64,000 nucleotides of DNA from Candidatus Saccharimonadota bacterium (GTDB taxonomy: Bacteria; Patescibacteriota; Saccharimonadia; Saccharimonadales; Saccharimonadaceae): NCBI GenBank assembly GCA_905371595.1, contig CAJPLU010000001.1:9158-73157 (forward strand), in the 5' to 3' direction. The translations under genes were made by a program, and so were the position numbers. The notes under the pieces are model-generated. The model was not told where the DNA came from, ran no database searches, and was given only the letters and a program-made list of their open reading frames with translations. Positions 9,998 to 19,839 of this stretch are shown here, piece after piece. Each line of letters opens with the position of its first letter. Position 1 is the stretch's first letter.

Positions 9998-11497
9998 TTA
10001 TTTCTTTTTACTAGATACCGTTTGCGGATCGGGCGTATGAATATAGATTTTTGGGAAAAGTGGTGCTGCTTTCTCGGGTACAACTCCTGCCGAAAACATC
10101 TTGTGAATAGTACTAGCGGTCACTGGCATAAACGGAGTTAGCAAATCAGCAATTTCCTCAAGCGCCCCAACAGCGTAAGATAAGATTTCCGATAAATGCT
10201 CGGCAGCATCAGTGTCTTTTTGGCGCTTCTTGGCAACCTCCCACGGTTTAACGTCATCAATATATTGATTAAGTGCTCGCACCTGTTGCCATGCTTCATC
10301 TATTGCTCGATCAAAATCAAGCGCTTCCATCGCCTGGCGGTATGGCCCCATATCGTGTCCTGGGCGAGGAATCTCGCCAATTACACCCGACTGATAACGC
10401 TGAATCATAGCAATAACCCGCTGCACTAAATTACCGAGATCATTGCCGAGCTCTCCGTTATAAGCCTTCTCAAACTTCTCCCAGGTGAAGTCGCCGTCAT
10501 CCTTGGTCGGAATATGCCGCGAAAAGTAATAGCGAAAAGCGTCAACGCCGTAATCCTTGATAATCTCCATCGGATCGACGACATTACCAACAGTTTTGCT
10601 CATCTTAGCACCGCCCACATTAACGAAACCGTGTACTAACAGTGTCTTCGGCAGCGGTAAACCAACCCCTAATAGCATCACTGGCCAAATACCGGCATGA
10701 AAACGCAGGATATCCTTGCCAATCACTTGCACGTCAGCTGGCCAAAAATCTTTCCACTCCGGCTGATCCGGATAGCCTAGCACCGTGATGTAATTAGCTA
10801 AGGCGTCCAACCAGACATACATCACCTGGCTGTCGTCTCCTGGTACCGGCACTCCCCAGGTCAGGCTCTTGCGCGGCCGGCTAATTGATACGTCGTGCAA
10901 ACCGTCTTTCATTAATTCCAGAAACTCTTTCTTACGAAACTCTGGTACAATTTTCATTCGGCCCGACTCGATTGCTTGGCGGACTTTATCAGTATAGGCG
11001 CTCGCTTTCAGATAATAGTTCTCTTCGCTAACTTGTTGATAAGGCGTTTGGTGGTCAGGACAAACCCCGCCAGTTTCTTGAACTTCTTTATCAGTAAAGA
11101 AAGCTTCATGACCCATACAGTACCAGCCGTTGTAAGTACTTTTATAAATCAGCCCCGCTTGGTCCAACTGTTTCCAAATATAGCGCACCGCCCCCATATG
11201 ATGTGAATCAGACGTACGGACAAAATCAGTATATTCGGCGTGCTCAGCATCCATCAGTATCTTGAAATTTTGATGAGTTTGATCGACATATGCTTGAGGC
11301 GTCAGATTTTGTTCGGCAGCCTTGGCGGCAATTTTATTACCATGCTCGTCAGTACCAACCTGGAAGCGCACTTTTTTGCCTTTCTGCTGCTGGTAGCGCG
11401 ACCAGATATCTGCAAGCAAATAGTCTAGCGCATTACCGATATGCGGCTTGCCATTGACATATGGAATCGCCGTTGTGATATAAAGATTCTTTCCCAT
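9998..11497 (-). CDS. metG: Methionine--tRNA ligase (short form, no C-terminal tRNA-binding domain)
   Basis: YVNGKPHIGN (HIGH), GTDEHG, YVWLDAL, GKDILRFH, KMSKT. Confidence 0.97.
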   Translation of the reverse strand: MGKNLYITTAIPYVNGKPHIGNALDYLLADIWSRYQQQKGKKVRFQVGTDEHGNKIAAKAAEQNLTPQAYVDQTHQNFKILMDAEHAEYTDFVRTSDSHHMGAVRYIWKQLDQAGLIYKSTYNGWYCMGHEAFFTDKEVQETGGVCPDHQTPYQQVSEENYYLKASAYTDKVRQAIESGRMKIVPEFRKKEFLELMKDGLHDVSISRPRKSLTWGVPVPGDDSQVMYVWLDALANYITVLGYPDQPEWKDFWPADVQVIGKDILRFHAGIWPVMLLGVGLPLPKTLLVHGFVNVGGAKMSKTVGNVVDPMEIIKDYGVDAFRYYFSRHIPTKDDGDFTWEKFEKAYNGELGNDLGNLVQRVIAMIQRYQSGVIGEIPRPGHDMGPYRQAMEALDFDRAIDEAWQQVRALNQYIDDVKPWEVAKKRQKDTDAAEHLSEILSYAVGALEEIADLLTPFMPVTASTIHKMFSAGVVPEKAAPLFPKIYIHTPDPQTVSSKKK

Positions 11498-11692
11498 TGC
11501 TTCTAAGTATATCAGAGGCGACAGAAGTTTACTAGCACATTATCACCCCGCAATACAAGCCTGACCAGCAACAACTGAACCTACACCTTGAACTAATTCT
11601 CGTCTTTGATATTTCCTGGTTCGATACCAGTTTCCTGGAAATAGTAGAGAAGTTATCCTTTCACTTTCCCTGCCTATATTACGGACGTTCGC

Positions 11693-13180
11693 TTACTTCT
11701 TGAACAAAACAATACCAGAAGCTACAAAGATAGACGCCGCCAAGACAAACAACACTATATTTGATCCCGTTTCAGCCAGTCTGGCACCAGGCGATTTTGG
11801 TGACTCCGGAGACAGCGTAGAGGCAGGCGCAGGGTTCTTCGTCCACTTTGCATACAAGGTCAAGTCATTGTCTGGCATCGTATCGTTCGCAAAGTCCCAA
11901 GCCGTCGTAAAAGCAGTATCTGTGTACCAGCCGGCAAAAGTGTAGCCAGAGCGGGTCGGGGCGACCGGCGGTCTGAAAGGATACGTATAGCCTACCATCT
12001 TATTTGGAACGGCAGAACCGGATTGCGAATCAAATGTTACTTTATGTTTTGTACACAGCCTGCCATCACTAGTGATTACCCAGCCGTGTCCGCCGTCGAC
12101 AACAGGCTTCAAGATATTAGCCCGCGCCGAAGCGGCTGCACAAAATTTCAAACCGGCTGCACCAAGCGACATTGGCGATTTTAGATTCTGCGCATCCCAA
12201 GCAATTAGCATAGCATCGTAATTCTGGCGCGAAATCGCTGTATGATCAAGCGCGGCCGCCGCACCAGACAACGGTTTTCCTGGCAAAATAACCAACGAAT
12301 CCAATCGCCAAGCAGCTAGCGACTGATTGAATGAAGTTGCGCCGCTCAAAAAACGAACAAGAAACTGTACTTTCTTCATGTCCCAAGAACCGATCGGCTG
12401 GTTGAACGACGCCGCCTTTCGGAACATATCATTTGCAATCACGAGGTTCGACGTATCCCAATTCGTAATAGAATCGCTACCTCCGTTATTAAAAGCGCTG
12501 GCGCCATTAAACATACCAGCAGTATCGGTCACCTTTGAAACATCCCAAGAACCTACATTTTGGTTAAATTGGTTTGCATTTTGAAAGACGCCCGACATTT
12601 TGGTAATAGTTGACGTATTCCAATTCCAATTAGCAGACTCGCCTTTCAGTGATTTATTTCCAACAAACATCCATGATAAGTCAGTGGCTTGGCTTAAATC
12701 TGGCGTATCAGCGGCCTTGACATCCATGTTCTCCGCGCCGGCAAAAGCAGAACGCATATTCTTCCACTTGTTCGTGCCCCATTGATCAATCGAAAGCAGT
12801 TTTAACCTATCACCCCTACCATTTACGATAAACCACGGAAAGGCGCCGCCAATGCGTATAGTGTAGATCCCCGGCGTAGCGTAATTACAAGTATAAGAGG
12901 CAGTCTGCCCAGATACCTCAGTTACACCGTCATTATTGCAGTCAACAGTATAATTGTACCCTGAACCGCTTGTCGGAATAACAAACTGGGTGTTTGGCGA
13001 CCCCGGCTTTCTGGTATCGATAGTAAATACGAAGTCCGTGTTGTTGATAGCGTCAGCTGCGGCTTTTGGCGAATAGAGTGTTGGCGCAACAAGTACCGAC
13101 AAGACACCGAACGCAGCAGCCAACGTTTTTAATGGCAATTTGAACTTCTGTATTTTTGTTGTTTTATCGTGCCTGCTCAC
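11693..13180 (-). CDS. Sortase-anchored surface protein: DUF285 (BspA-like) repeats plus InlB B-repeat
   Basis: Signal peptide, ~25-aa repeats (FNQNVGSWDVSKVTDTAGMF), B-repeat (PTRSGYTFAGWYTD...TLYAKW), then LAETG, a hydrophobic stretch and KK. Confidence 0.88.
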   Translation of the reverse strand: MSRHDKTTKIQKFKLPLKTLAAAFGVLSVLVAPTLYSPKAAADAINNTDFVFTIDTRKPGSPNTQFVIPTSGSGYNYTVDCNNDGVTEVSGQTASYTCNYATPGIYTIRIGGAFPWFIVNGRGDRLKLLSIDQWGTNKWKNMRSAFAGAENMDVKAADTPDLSQATDLSWMFVGNKSLKGESANWNWNTSTITKMSGVFQNANQFNQNVGSWDVSKVTDTAGMFNGASAFNNGGSDSITNWDTSNLVIANDMFRKAASFNQPIGSWDMKKVQFLVRFLSGATSFNQSLAAWRLDSLVILPGKPLSGAAAALDHTAISRQNYDAMLIAWDAQNLKSPMSLGAAGLKFCAAASARANILKPVVDGGHGWVITSDGRLCTKHKVTFDSQSGSAVPNKMVGYTYPFRPPVAPTRSGYTFAGWYTDTAFTTAWDFANDTMPDNDLTLYAKWTKNPAPASTLSPESPKSPGARLAETGSNIVLFVLAASIFVASGIVLFKK

Positions 13181-13188
13181 TGGTTATT

Positions 13189-13217
13189 AGTATACTTATG
13201 CTTTAGATTTTTAGCAA
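13189..13217 (-). promoter_or_regulatory. sigma70-type promoter of the first DUF285 gene
   Basis: TTGCTA-17-TATACT, 8 nt before the GTG start. Nearly identical to the promoter of the paralog at 15862-15890. Confidence 0.65.
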
Positions 13218-13274
13218 TGAGTTTTACGACGAGATTATTTGACAATAGAAAAATTATATACTATAACAATATTT

Positions 13275-14282
13275 ATGAGAAGGTCGCCCAACTACGCAGC
13301 CGAAAGGATTCCTTGTACTATATTCTCGGGAAATAACAGAGAACCCACTTCTGGGGTAATCGACAGAACTCCTAGCAGCGAGCGAGCAGAGCTCGTAGAA
13401 AACATCAGACAACACTCCATACCAAGCTCTCTAGGGAATATGGCGATGTTTCTGGTTGAGTTTAGCGATAAATCGTCCGGCAATGTCGTTATCTACGGCA
13501 CTGGGTTTATGGGAAACCCTACAACGACAGCAGCACGGCTAGAAATGGCCGAAATAGCCAATGCCTGGCGCGACGAAGAAGGAAATCCAGCTTCAGTCTT
13601 AACACTGCCAACCAGCTCTATGAAAAAGAGTGTTGCTGATAAAATTTTAGAAACGGGCAGTTTTTCACCCATAGCAGAAGAAATAGCGCCAAAATTAGAT
13701 AGACATCTAAATTACTACAACAACCAGGCAGGTGTAGTTGGACATTCATTCGGCAGTAGGCTTGCAGCGGCTATACCTGGCGTTCTTGATAATCCTGAAA
13801 CTGTCAAATATATTTCCATAGATGATGCGCCAAGCTGGCAAAAACCGCTAGGCACATTTATTGCAGCAGCGCAATTGGCAGAAACAATTGACCTATCAAG
13901 ATATATCAAATATTCACTCGATTCCGAAACTCAGAAAGCTTGGCGAAAAAACGACGGAGAAAAAATGCCAGCCGTGCCGCTGTTAATTCAGCTGAGAGAC
14001 GTAATTGCGATGTCGCACAGTGGTTTTGTTGAAGATCTTGAGAATTCGCTCAATAAGCTGCAACCTGGCACGCCCGTCACCCTTTTTGCGCCGGAATTAA
14101 GCCGCATGAATGATAACAGCTCAAAAAATATACGCAAGCTTATAACGTCGCTTAATCAGAAATTCCCTGGCTTAGATATTCGCGGCGTACTAGTCGAAGA
14201 TAGCACGCACAACGTATCCGTAGCCAGTCCGGCATACTTTGGGCAGATGATAGAATTATCAAGAAGTAATCTACAGCCCTAA
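13275..14282 (+). CDS. Alpha/beta-hydrolase-fold protein
   Basis: Nucleophile elbow GHSFG, oxyanion-like GFMG, candidate catalytic His in STHN. Start placed at ATG 13275, after TTGACA(13239)-17-TATAAC. Confidence 0.65.
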   Translation: MRRSPNYAAERIPCTIFSGNNREPTSGVIDRTPSSERAELVENIRQHSIPSSLGNMAMFLVEFSDKSSGNVVIYGTGFMGNPTTTAARLEMAEIANAWRDEEGNPASVLTLPTSSMKKSVADKILETGSFSPIAEEIAPKLDRHLNYYNNQAGVVGHSFGSRLAAAIPGVLDNPETVKYISIDDAPSWQKPLGTFIAAAQLAETIDLSRYIKYSLDSETQKAWRKNDGEKMPAVPLLIQLRDVIAMSHSGFVEDLENSLNKLQPGTPVTLFAPELSRMNDNSSKNIRKLITSLNQKFPGLDIRGVLVEDSTHNVSVASPAYFGQMIELSRSNLQP

Positions 14283-14341
14283 CGGCGCTAAACAACCGTC
14301 AAGATTACTTTAACCATACAAATACAGTTGCCACTTGCAAG

Positions 14342-15853
14342 CTAGCTTCGTTTAATCAGCTTAATCGCGATAGAACCAACCGCTATAAATGCAACTGCTG
14401 CAGAGAAAAATATTCCCGCATCCACACCAGTCTCGGCTAGCTTGGTCGATGAGCTTGAATTGTTTTCCGAAGCACCACTGCTTGTTGCAACAGACTTAGG
14501 ATTCTCGATCCACTTTGCATATAAAGTCAAATTACTGTCTGGCATGGTATCGACAGCAAAGTTCCAGGCTCTTGCAAAAGTGTTATCCGTATACCACCCA
14601 GCAAAGGTGTAACCCTGACGAGTCGGCACAGCTGGCGCGGTAATTTTATCAGTAAAAGCAACTTCTTGGTTGGCAATTGCCGTTCCGCCCTGGGTATCAA
14701 AAACTACAGTATGCTTCGGACATTCCTTTGCATCGCCATTGATAGTCCAGCCATGTCCGCCGTCGGCAACTGGCTTGATTAGATTTTTTCTAGCCGCATC
14801 AGCAGTGCAATATTTCAACCCGGCGGCCCCTAGTATAAGCGGCGAGTTAGTTGATTGAATACTCCAAGATATCAAAGTAGCATCATAATTTTTCATAGAC
14901 AAACCGCTATTATTCAACATTCTAGGAGCGCCAGACCAATAGCTGTTGGGCAAACCGGTTGTCGAAACTAACGAATCTAGCCGCCAGCCCGCCAAAGATT
15001 GATTAAAAGCGCGAGCACCATTAAACATTTCACTCATCAACTCGGCTTTCGAAACATCCCACGACCCTATCGGCTGATTAAACTTAACTGCGTTTTGAAA
15101 CATTGCATTCATTGCAGTCATTTTGCCAGTGTTCCAGTTTTTAATTGAATCGCTGCCGCCATTATTAAATGCTGTCGCATTATTAAATAAACCGCCAGCA
15201 AAAACAACGTTAGAGACATCCCACGATCCGATGTTTTGATTGAAATTTTCAGTATCGCTAAACGCACTACCCACATTAGTAATGGTCGAGGTGTTCCAAT
15301 TCCAGTTAGCATCCTCACCCTTGAGAGAAGTATTGCCTCTAAAGACAGAGTATATCGAGTCAGTCTGCGACAAGTCGGGAGTGTCAATCGCCTTTACGTC
15401 CATATTTGCAGCACCGTAAAATGAAGCCACCAACGATCTCCATTTATTCTTCCCCCACTGATCAATAGAAATCATCTTCAGTTTATCGCCACCGTTATTG
15501 AGATAAAACTCTGGAAACACACCTCCGATACGAATCGTATACACACCAGGTGTAGCGTAACTACAAGTATAAGATCCGGTCTGAGCGGTTGCTTCGACCG
15601 TGCCATCATTATTACAATCTATAGTATAATTATATCCGCCTCCTCTTATCGGAATGACGAACTGCGTATCTGGCGACCCAGATTTACGCGTATCTACGGT
15701 AAACACAAAATCTGTGTCATTGATGGCGTCGGCGACAGCTTTTGGCGGATAAAATATCGGACCAGAAAACGCTGCTAGCACACCTATTGTCACGGCTAAC
15801 GCCTTGATGGCCAATCCAAATTTCAGCCTTTTTATTTTCCAGCATCTATTCAT
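14342..15853 (-). CDS. Sortase-anchored surface protein: DUF285 repeats plus InlB B-repeat (paralog of 11693..13180)
   Basis: Same architecture and long shared blocks (TDFVFT.DTRK.GSP.TQFVIP, LGAAGLK.C, GGHGW); LAETG, TM and basic tail. Confidence 0.88.
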   Translation of the reverse strand: MNRCWKIKRLKFGLAIKALAVTIGVLAAFSGPIFYPPKAVADAINDTDFVFTVDTRKSGSPDTQFVIPIRGGGYNYTIDCNNDGTVEATAQTGSYTCSYATPGVYTIRIGGVFPEFYLNNGGDKLKMISIDQWGKNKWRSLVASFYGAANMDVKAIDTPDLSQTDSIYSVFRGNTSLKGEDANWNWNTSTITNVGSAFSDTENFNQNIGSWDVSNVVFAGGLFNNATAFNNGGSDSIKNWNTGKMTAMNAMFQNAVKFNQPIGSWDVSKAELMSEMFNGARAFNQSLAGWRLDSLVSTTGLPNSYWSGAPRMLNNSGLSMKNYDATLISWSIQSTNSPLILGAAGLKYCTADAARKNLIKPVADGGHGWTINGDAKECPKHTVVFDTQGGTAIANQEVAFTDKITAPAVPTRQGYTFAGWYTDNTFARAWNFAVDTMPDSNLTLYAKWIENPKSVATSSGASENNSSSSTKLAETGVDAGIFFSAAVAFIAVGSIAIKLIKRS

Positions 15854-15861
15854 TTGGTACC

Positions 15862-15890
15862 ATTATACTTATACTTTATTTTTTTAGCAA
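15862..15890 (-). promoter_or_regulatory. sigma70-type promoter of the second DUF285 gene
   Basis: TTGCTA-17-TATAAT, 8 nt before the ATG. Confidence 0.65.
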
Positions 15891-15942
15891 TATACTAATG
15901 ATAATCAAGATAACACACAACATTGCCATGACGTTTTGGAGC

Positions 15943-16689
15943 TTATTTAGTAGATTTTATCTCTGCTAGCACTGCGAATCTTCCCCCTGCATCACCAGCT
16001 GAATGTGAGAAATAATTTGGATCATCCGCCGTATCAATTGGCGAGATGAAGATGTTATCACCAGGAACGCCCGCCCGGATAGCCAACGAACGATTAAATC
16101 CTTGCATATCCAGATAAATTCCGTCAGCCGTTTGACGGCAGAAATTGCGCCAATTCGTATCATTTGTATGATCAAAATAATCCATAAGATAATTTTTCTG
16201 CGTGATGCTTGGCGACATCCAAATTTGTAAATCTTTTGCCTGGCTACCGCGCTCGACAAAATACTGAACGGCCTGAGATATCAACTGCGCAACCGTCGAA
16301 TGCCGACCTAAATGCGCCAGCATCAACGCCCGACGCTTTGGATCATAGATGACTGTGGCGATACAGTCCGCCACTGGCAGGAACAATCCTACACCAGCCA
16401 TTTCGGTATATAGCGCGTCAGCAAAAATCCCCTCGTTGTTGTGTTTAACCGTGTCAGCTTCAGTGACTTCAGCAATATTATCAAAAGTTTGCGCTCGATC
16501 ATATGAAATCACGTGATAAACAACGTCGTCATACTTAACGCCAATTTGATCGCAAAACCGATGCCGATTCTCCAATACCTCAGTTACGTGGCGACCGCGA
16601 ATACGATTGAGCATAGTGCCGTCGTCTTTCGACGAAACCGCAATGAGCAGATCAGACGGAAAGCAGACGGGCTGATCTGCCGCAATCAT
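15943..16689 (-). CDS. YfiH/PgeF (laccase-domain, purine nucleoside phosphorylase-like) protein
   Basis: ADALYT, VADC, AHLG, SPSI and YFSH motifs. Start at ATG 16689 overlaps the rsmA stop. Confidence 0.85.
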   Translation of the reverse strand: MIAADQPVCFPSDLLIAVSSKDDGTMLNRIRGRHVTEVLENRHRFCDQIGVKYDDVVYHVISYDRAQTFDNIAEVTEADTVKHNNEGIFADALYTEMAGVGLFLPVADCIATVIYDPKRRALMLAHLGRHSTVAQLISQAVQYFVERGSQAKDLQIWMSPSITQKNYLMDYFDHTNDTNWRNFCRQTADGIYLDMQGFNRSLAIRAGVPGDNIFISPIDTADDPNYFSHSAGDAGGRFAVLAEIKSTK

Positions 16690-17474
16690 CGCGCCCGCCA
16701 TTCTTTGAGCAGCCGCCGCCAATCATCAATCGCCAAATCCTCAGCACGGACATCAGGCGAAATGTTAGCCTTTTTCAGCAACTGTTCGGCGTTAGCTTTA
16801 CTGACGCCCAGTCCGCCGCTCAAGCTGGAGCGCAGTTTTTTACGCTTAGCCGAAAAACCAGCTTTGACGATGCGGAAAAAATCTTTGTGATCTCTAGGGT
16901 CGACCAGTGGTTCGGTGCGAGTTCTCAATACCACCACTTGCGAATCAACTTTTGGCGGCGGCGTGAAGAACTGCCGCGGCACCTCAATATCGAGTTCTGC
17001 CTCAGCAAATAACTGCGCGCTAACCGCTAAAATGCTCATTTCGCCAGGCTCAGCCGCGATACGCTCAGCAACTTCTTTTTGCACCAGCAGTACCGCCAAA
17101 CTCGGCTTATTTTCTGCCGTCATTAGTTTTTCGACAATTTTGCTGGTGATATAGTATGGCACATTGGCGACTACTTTATAGCCCTTCGGCAACTGATTCA
17201 AATCAAACTGCAAAATATCTTCGTTAATCACTTCCAGGCTTTTGCCAGGAAATTGCCCTGGCAACTTGCGCGCCAAATCCCCATCAAACTCCACCGCCAC
17301 TACGCGCTGAGCTCGCGCTAACAACCGGCTGGTCAAGGCGCCAAGCCCTGGCCCAATTTCCAAAACTACATCATCCTTACCAAGTTCCGCCGCCTCAGTA
17401 ATCTCCACCAAGATTCCTGGGTCGCGCAGCCAATGCTGGCCTAATTCTTTTTTCGGCCCACGCGCTGACGCCAT
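16686..17474 (-). CDS. rsmA: 16S rRNA m6,2A dimethyltransferase
   Basis: KKELGQHWL, VLEIGPGLGALT, VANVPYYIT, QKEVAERI, FTPPPKVDS. Confidence 0.97.
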   Translation of the reverse strand: MASARGPKKELGQHWLRDPGILVEITEAAELGKDDVVLEIGPGLGALTSRLLARAQRVVAVEFDGDLARKLPGQFPGKSLEVINEDILQFDLNQLPKGYKVVANVPYYITSKIVEKLMTAENKPSLAVLLVQKEVAERIAAEPGEMSILAVSAQLFAEAELDIEVPRQFFTPPPKVDSQVVVLRTRTEPLVDPRDHKDFFRIVKAGFSAKRKKLRSSLSGGLGVSKANAEQLLKKANISPDVRAEDLAIDDWRRLLKEWRAR

Positions 17475-18545
17475 CTAACGCCCGTCCCCGTTCGTCCAAT
17501 CAGTCGCCAGGTCAAACCCATGTGGATGTCGCACCGCAAAGCCGCCGGTATCATACACCTTACCAGGACCCATGCTGGTTTCCACCACCGAGCAATGCGG
17601 ATAATTACCATAATTCGCCGCCACCAAAATATAGCCGTCCTTGTCCACCTTAGCGCCGTCCGCCCGCACCGTGTAGCCACCGCCGCCGCAGGCGTTAGCA
17701 ACAATATTCATCGGTAAATCATAATAGGTTTCGCGGTGCGCCACGCCTTTGGAATCAGTAAATATCTGCGCGCCCTTGCCTTTGGTTAGCGGATTTTTCG
17801 GCTTGGTACCGATCACTTCAATTTGCTTTTTGGGCTGCTTGATAATTTCGCTAGAAATTTGCTGGCGGCCAACTTCAGCACCATCGCGCGCTTCAACTTT
17901 ATAAGTCAATCTGCGCAGCCCTTTAGCTCCCGCCTGCTTTACCTGGCGATAACCAAGAGGCTGGCTGTCGTCGCGTATTTGCTCAACCGGGAAATCAATT
18001 TCTTCCTCGGCGGCCACAGTACGCCTAGTTGCCCGCGTAATCCTCATTAGCAAGCTCGACCCATCCAAAGCGACATCCTCTGGCGGCGTAAATCGAACTT
18101 TATCCTCGCGATACAAAACAATCCCCGCAGCTTGCGCAATCTGTGTTGGCGTCTGCGCTGCCGTATTGACTCGCATGCGGCGAGCACCTTCGACGATCGT
18201 TATCGTCCGCGCCCGATAAATATTTATTTTGAAGCCATTGTTGGTAATCGGTGTATCCAGACCCGGTTCGACAATATCATGCTGTTTATCCAATCTTGCG
18301 CCGAATTCTTCTAGCGCTTTCTGCACTGTCGATACCTTAGTGATTATCGATTGCTCCCGGCCACCGTCGTAAATGGTGATTATATGACTAGATGGTTGTG
18401 CTTTAACCGCAGCTGAACTATCTGCCGCCGCGGTATTCGCAAAAAACGATAACATACCAGTACTAGAGATTGCCAAGACCGCACCAAAAACACAACAGCA
18501 AATGCGTTGATAATATCGATTTAAGCTCATTTTATTCAAAATCAC
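17475..18545 (-). CDS. YabE-like cell-wall protein: DUF348 + G5 + probable 3D/MltA-like domain
   Basis: Signal/TM, DUF348 repeats, G5 domain (QAGAKG...PKKQIEVIGTK), C-terminus with VAAN...GKVYDTGG...FDL resembling the 3D domain. Adjacent to rsmA. Confidence 0.75.
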   Translation of the reverse strand: MILNKMSLNRYYQRICCCVFGAVLAISSTGMLSFFANTAAADSSAAVKAQPSSHIITIYDGGREQSIITKVSTVQKALEEFGARLDKQHDIVEPGLDTPITNNGFKINIYRARTITIVEGARRMRVNTAAQTPTQIAQAAGIVLYREDKVRFTPPEDVALDGSSLLMRITRATRRTVAAEEEIDFPVEQIRDDSQPLGYRQVKQAGAKGLRRLTYKVEARDGAEVGRQQISSEIIKQPKKQIEVIGTKPKNPLTKGKGAQIFTDSKGVAHRETYYDLPMNIVANACGGGGYTVRADGAKVDKDGYILVAANYGNYPHCSVVETSMGPGKVYDTGGFAVRHPHGFDLATDWTNGDGR

Positions 18546-18561
18546 CCACTGTATCTTTTAT

Positions 18562-18590
18562 ATTATAACAAATTATATACTAAATGTCAA
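18562..18590 (-). promoter_or_regulatory. Perfect-consensus sigma70 promoter
   Basis: TTGACA-17-TATAAT with TG extension, upstream of the yabE-like/rsmA run. Confidence 0.8.
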
Positions 18591-18600
18591 GTAGAGCATC

Positions 18601-19782
18601 CTACCACCAGCCCTTTGCCTGCCAGGCGTTATAAGCACCCGCCCAGCTGCCATAGCGCCCTACCGCGTAACCATTAAACACTTTAATTTGGCAAACTGGA
18701 TCAGCCTGCCAATTCGGGCAAGCACTCGACAATTTCGATAAACTAGTCTGCCCCAAGCCGTAATATGTGCCGTTAGTCGCTGTTGTTCGCCAACCAGACT
18801 CCTTAGTGAAAATAAAGTTAGCGTAGCCATAGTCGCTAGGCGAAAGACCAGCCGCCGCCATCCAATCTTCATGCGAGCCTGCCGGTAGACTAACTTTAGT
18901 ACCAACAACTTCTACCTGCTTAACTGGCTGCTGGATAACATTACTATTGATTTCACGACGTGATACCTCGATACCGTTTTGGACGTTAATCTCATACGTA
19001 ACTGTACGCTTGCCGTTAACCCCTTTGGTTTGAATTTCTTTGTATCCTTTATCGCGATTAACATCTTTGATTTGTTCAGTCTCAAACTGTATATCTTCGT
19101 CAACGGTAACTGTCTGTGTGCCGTTACGATACAAGCGGATATTCATGCCTCCAGATATTTTTGTATCTTTATTCGGAACAATGACGTCATTGGCAGACAT
19201 TTTAATGTGCTTTTCAGCTAGCATCTCGCCAACGGTTTTGGCTTGCGTATAAGAAATGGTTTTTTTACCGTAGAAATCAAAATTGAATGGCGTTGCTCGC
19301 TTAATGGACAGCACTTCTGCTGCGCTATCGCGCATTGGACTATTAGACTGCGACAAGGTTAGAATATCTTCATCGCGTACAGCAATGCCAGCTTGTTTAA
19401 CTATCTGCTTTACAGTACGGTACGATGTAATAATTTTAGTGAGCTGAGAGCCATCCTTGACAACCACCGTTCGGGCTCGATAAATATTAACGTTATATGA
19501 ATTTGCTACCAAGCGCTCATCAATATTTGGCTCGGTCCGATCGTTACGATCTAGTTTGATAGCTGCCTCAGCGAGAGCTTCGCGCAAGGTCTGTTTTTTG
19601 GTAATGAATCCTTTACTTTGACCGTCATCATGAACGGTAATAATATGTTCGCCAACAGCTAGACTACGCTCGTCAGCCCGCGCTTTTGGCATAATTGCCG
19701 TATAAACAGATAATCCAGCCAAAGCTAATAGCATAGAGCCGGTAATCAGCCAACGTAATTTCATTCTCGCAATATTTTTCAT
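18601..19782 (-). CDS. RpfB-like protein: DUF348 x3 + G5 + lysozyme-like (aggregation-promoting-factor type) domain
   Basis: G5 (TKGVNG...PVKQVEVVGTK); C-terminal KESGW, YGLGQ, GRYGSWAGAYNAWQAKGWW. Confidence 0.82.
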   Translation of the reverse strand: MKNIARMKLRWLITGSMLLALAGLSVYTAIMPKARADERSLAVGEHIITVHDDGQSKGFITKKQTLREALAEAAIKLDRNDRTEPNIDERLVANSYNVNIYRARTVVVKDGSQLTKIITSYRTVKQIVKQAGIAVRDEDILTLSQSNSPMRDSAAEVLSIKRATPFNFDFYGKKTISYTQAKTVGEMLAEKHIKMSANDVIVPNKDTKISGGMNIRLYRNGTQTVTVDEDIQFETEQIKDVNRDKGYKEIQTKGVNGKRTVTYEINVQNGIEVSRREINSNVIQQPVKQVEVVGTKVSLPAGSHEDWMAAAGLSPSDYGYANFIFTKESGWRTTATNGTYYGLGQTSLSKLSSACPNWQADPVCQIKVFNGYAVGRYGSWAGAYNAWQAKGWW

Positions 19783-19839
19783 ACGTAGGCGCGCAAACTA
19801 GCGCGCAGTTATAATTATAGCAAAAGATTGATTATTTTG

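Noticed and set aside
11556..11572. 15/17 match to intergenic 62976-62992 (caagcctgaccagcaac versus caaacctgaccaacaac)
   Set aside because: The match does not extend, and one of this size is plausible by chance.
11616..11630. T-arm-like hairpin ctgg-ttcgata-ccag
   Set aside because: No surrounding cloverleaf or match to a tRNA 3' end.
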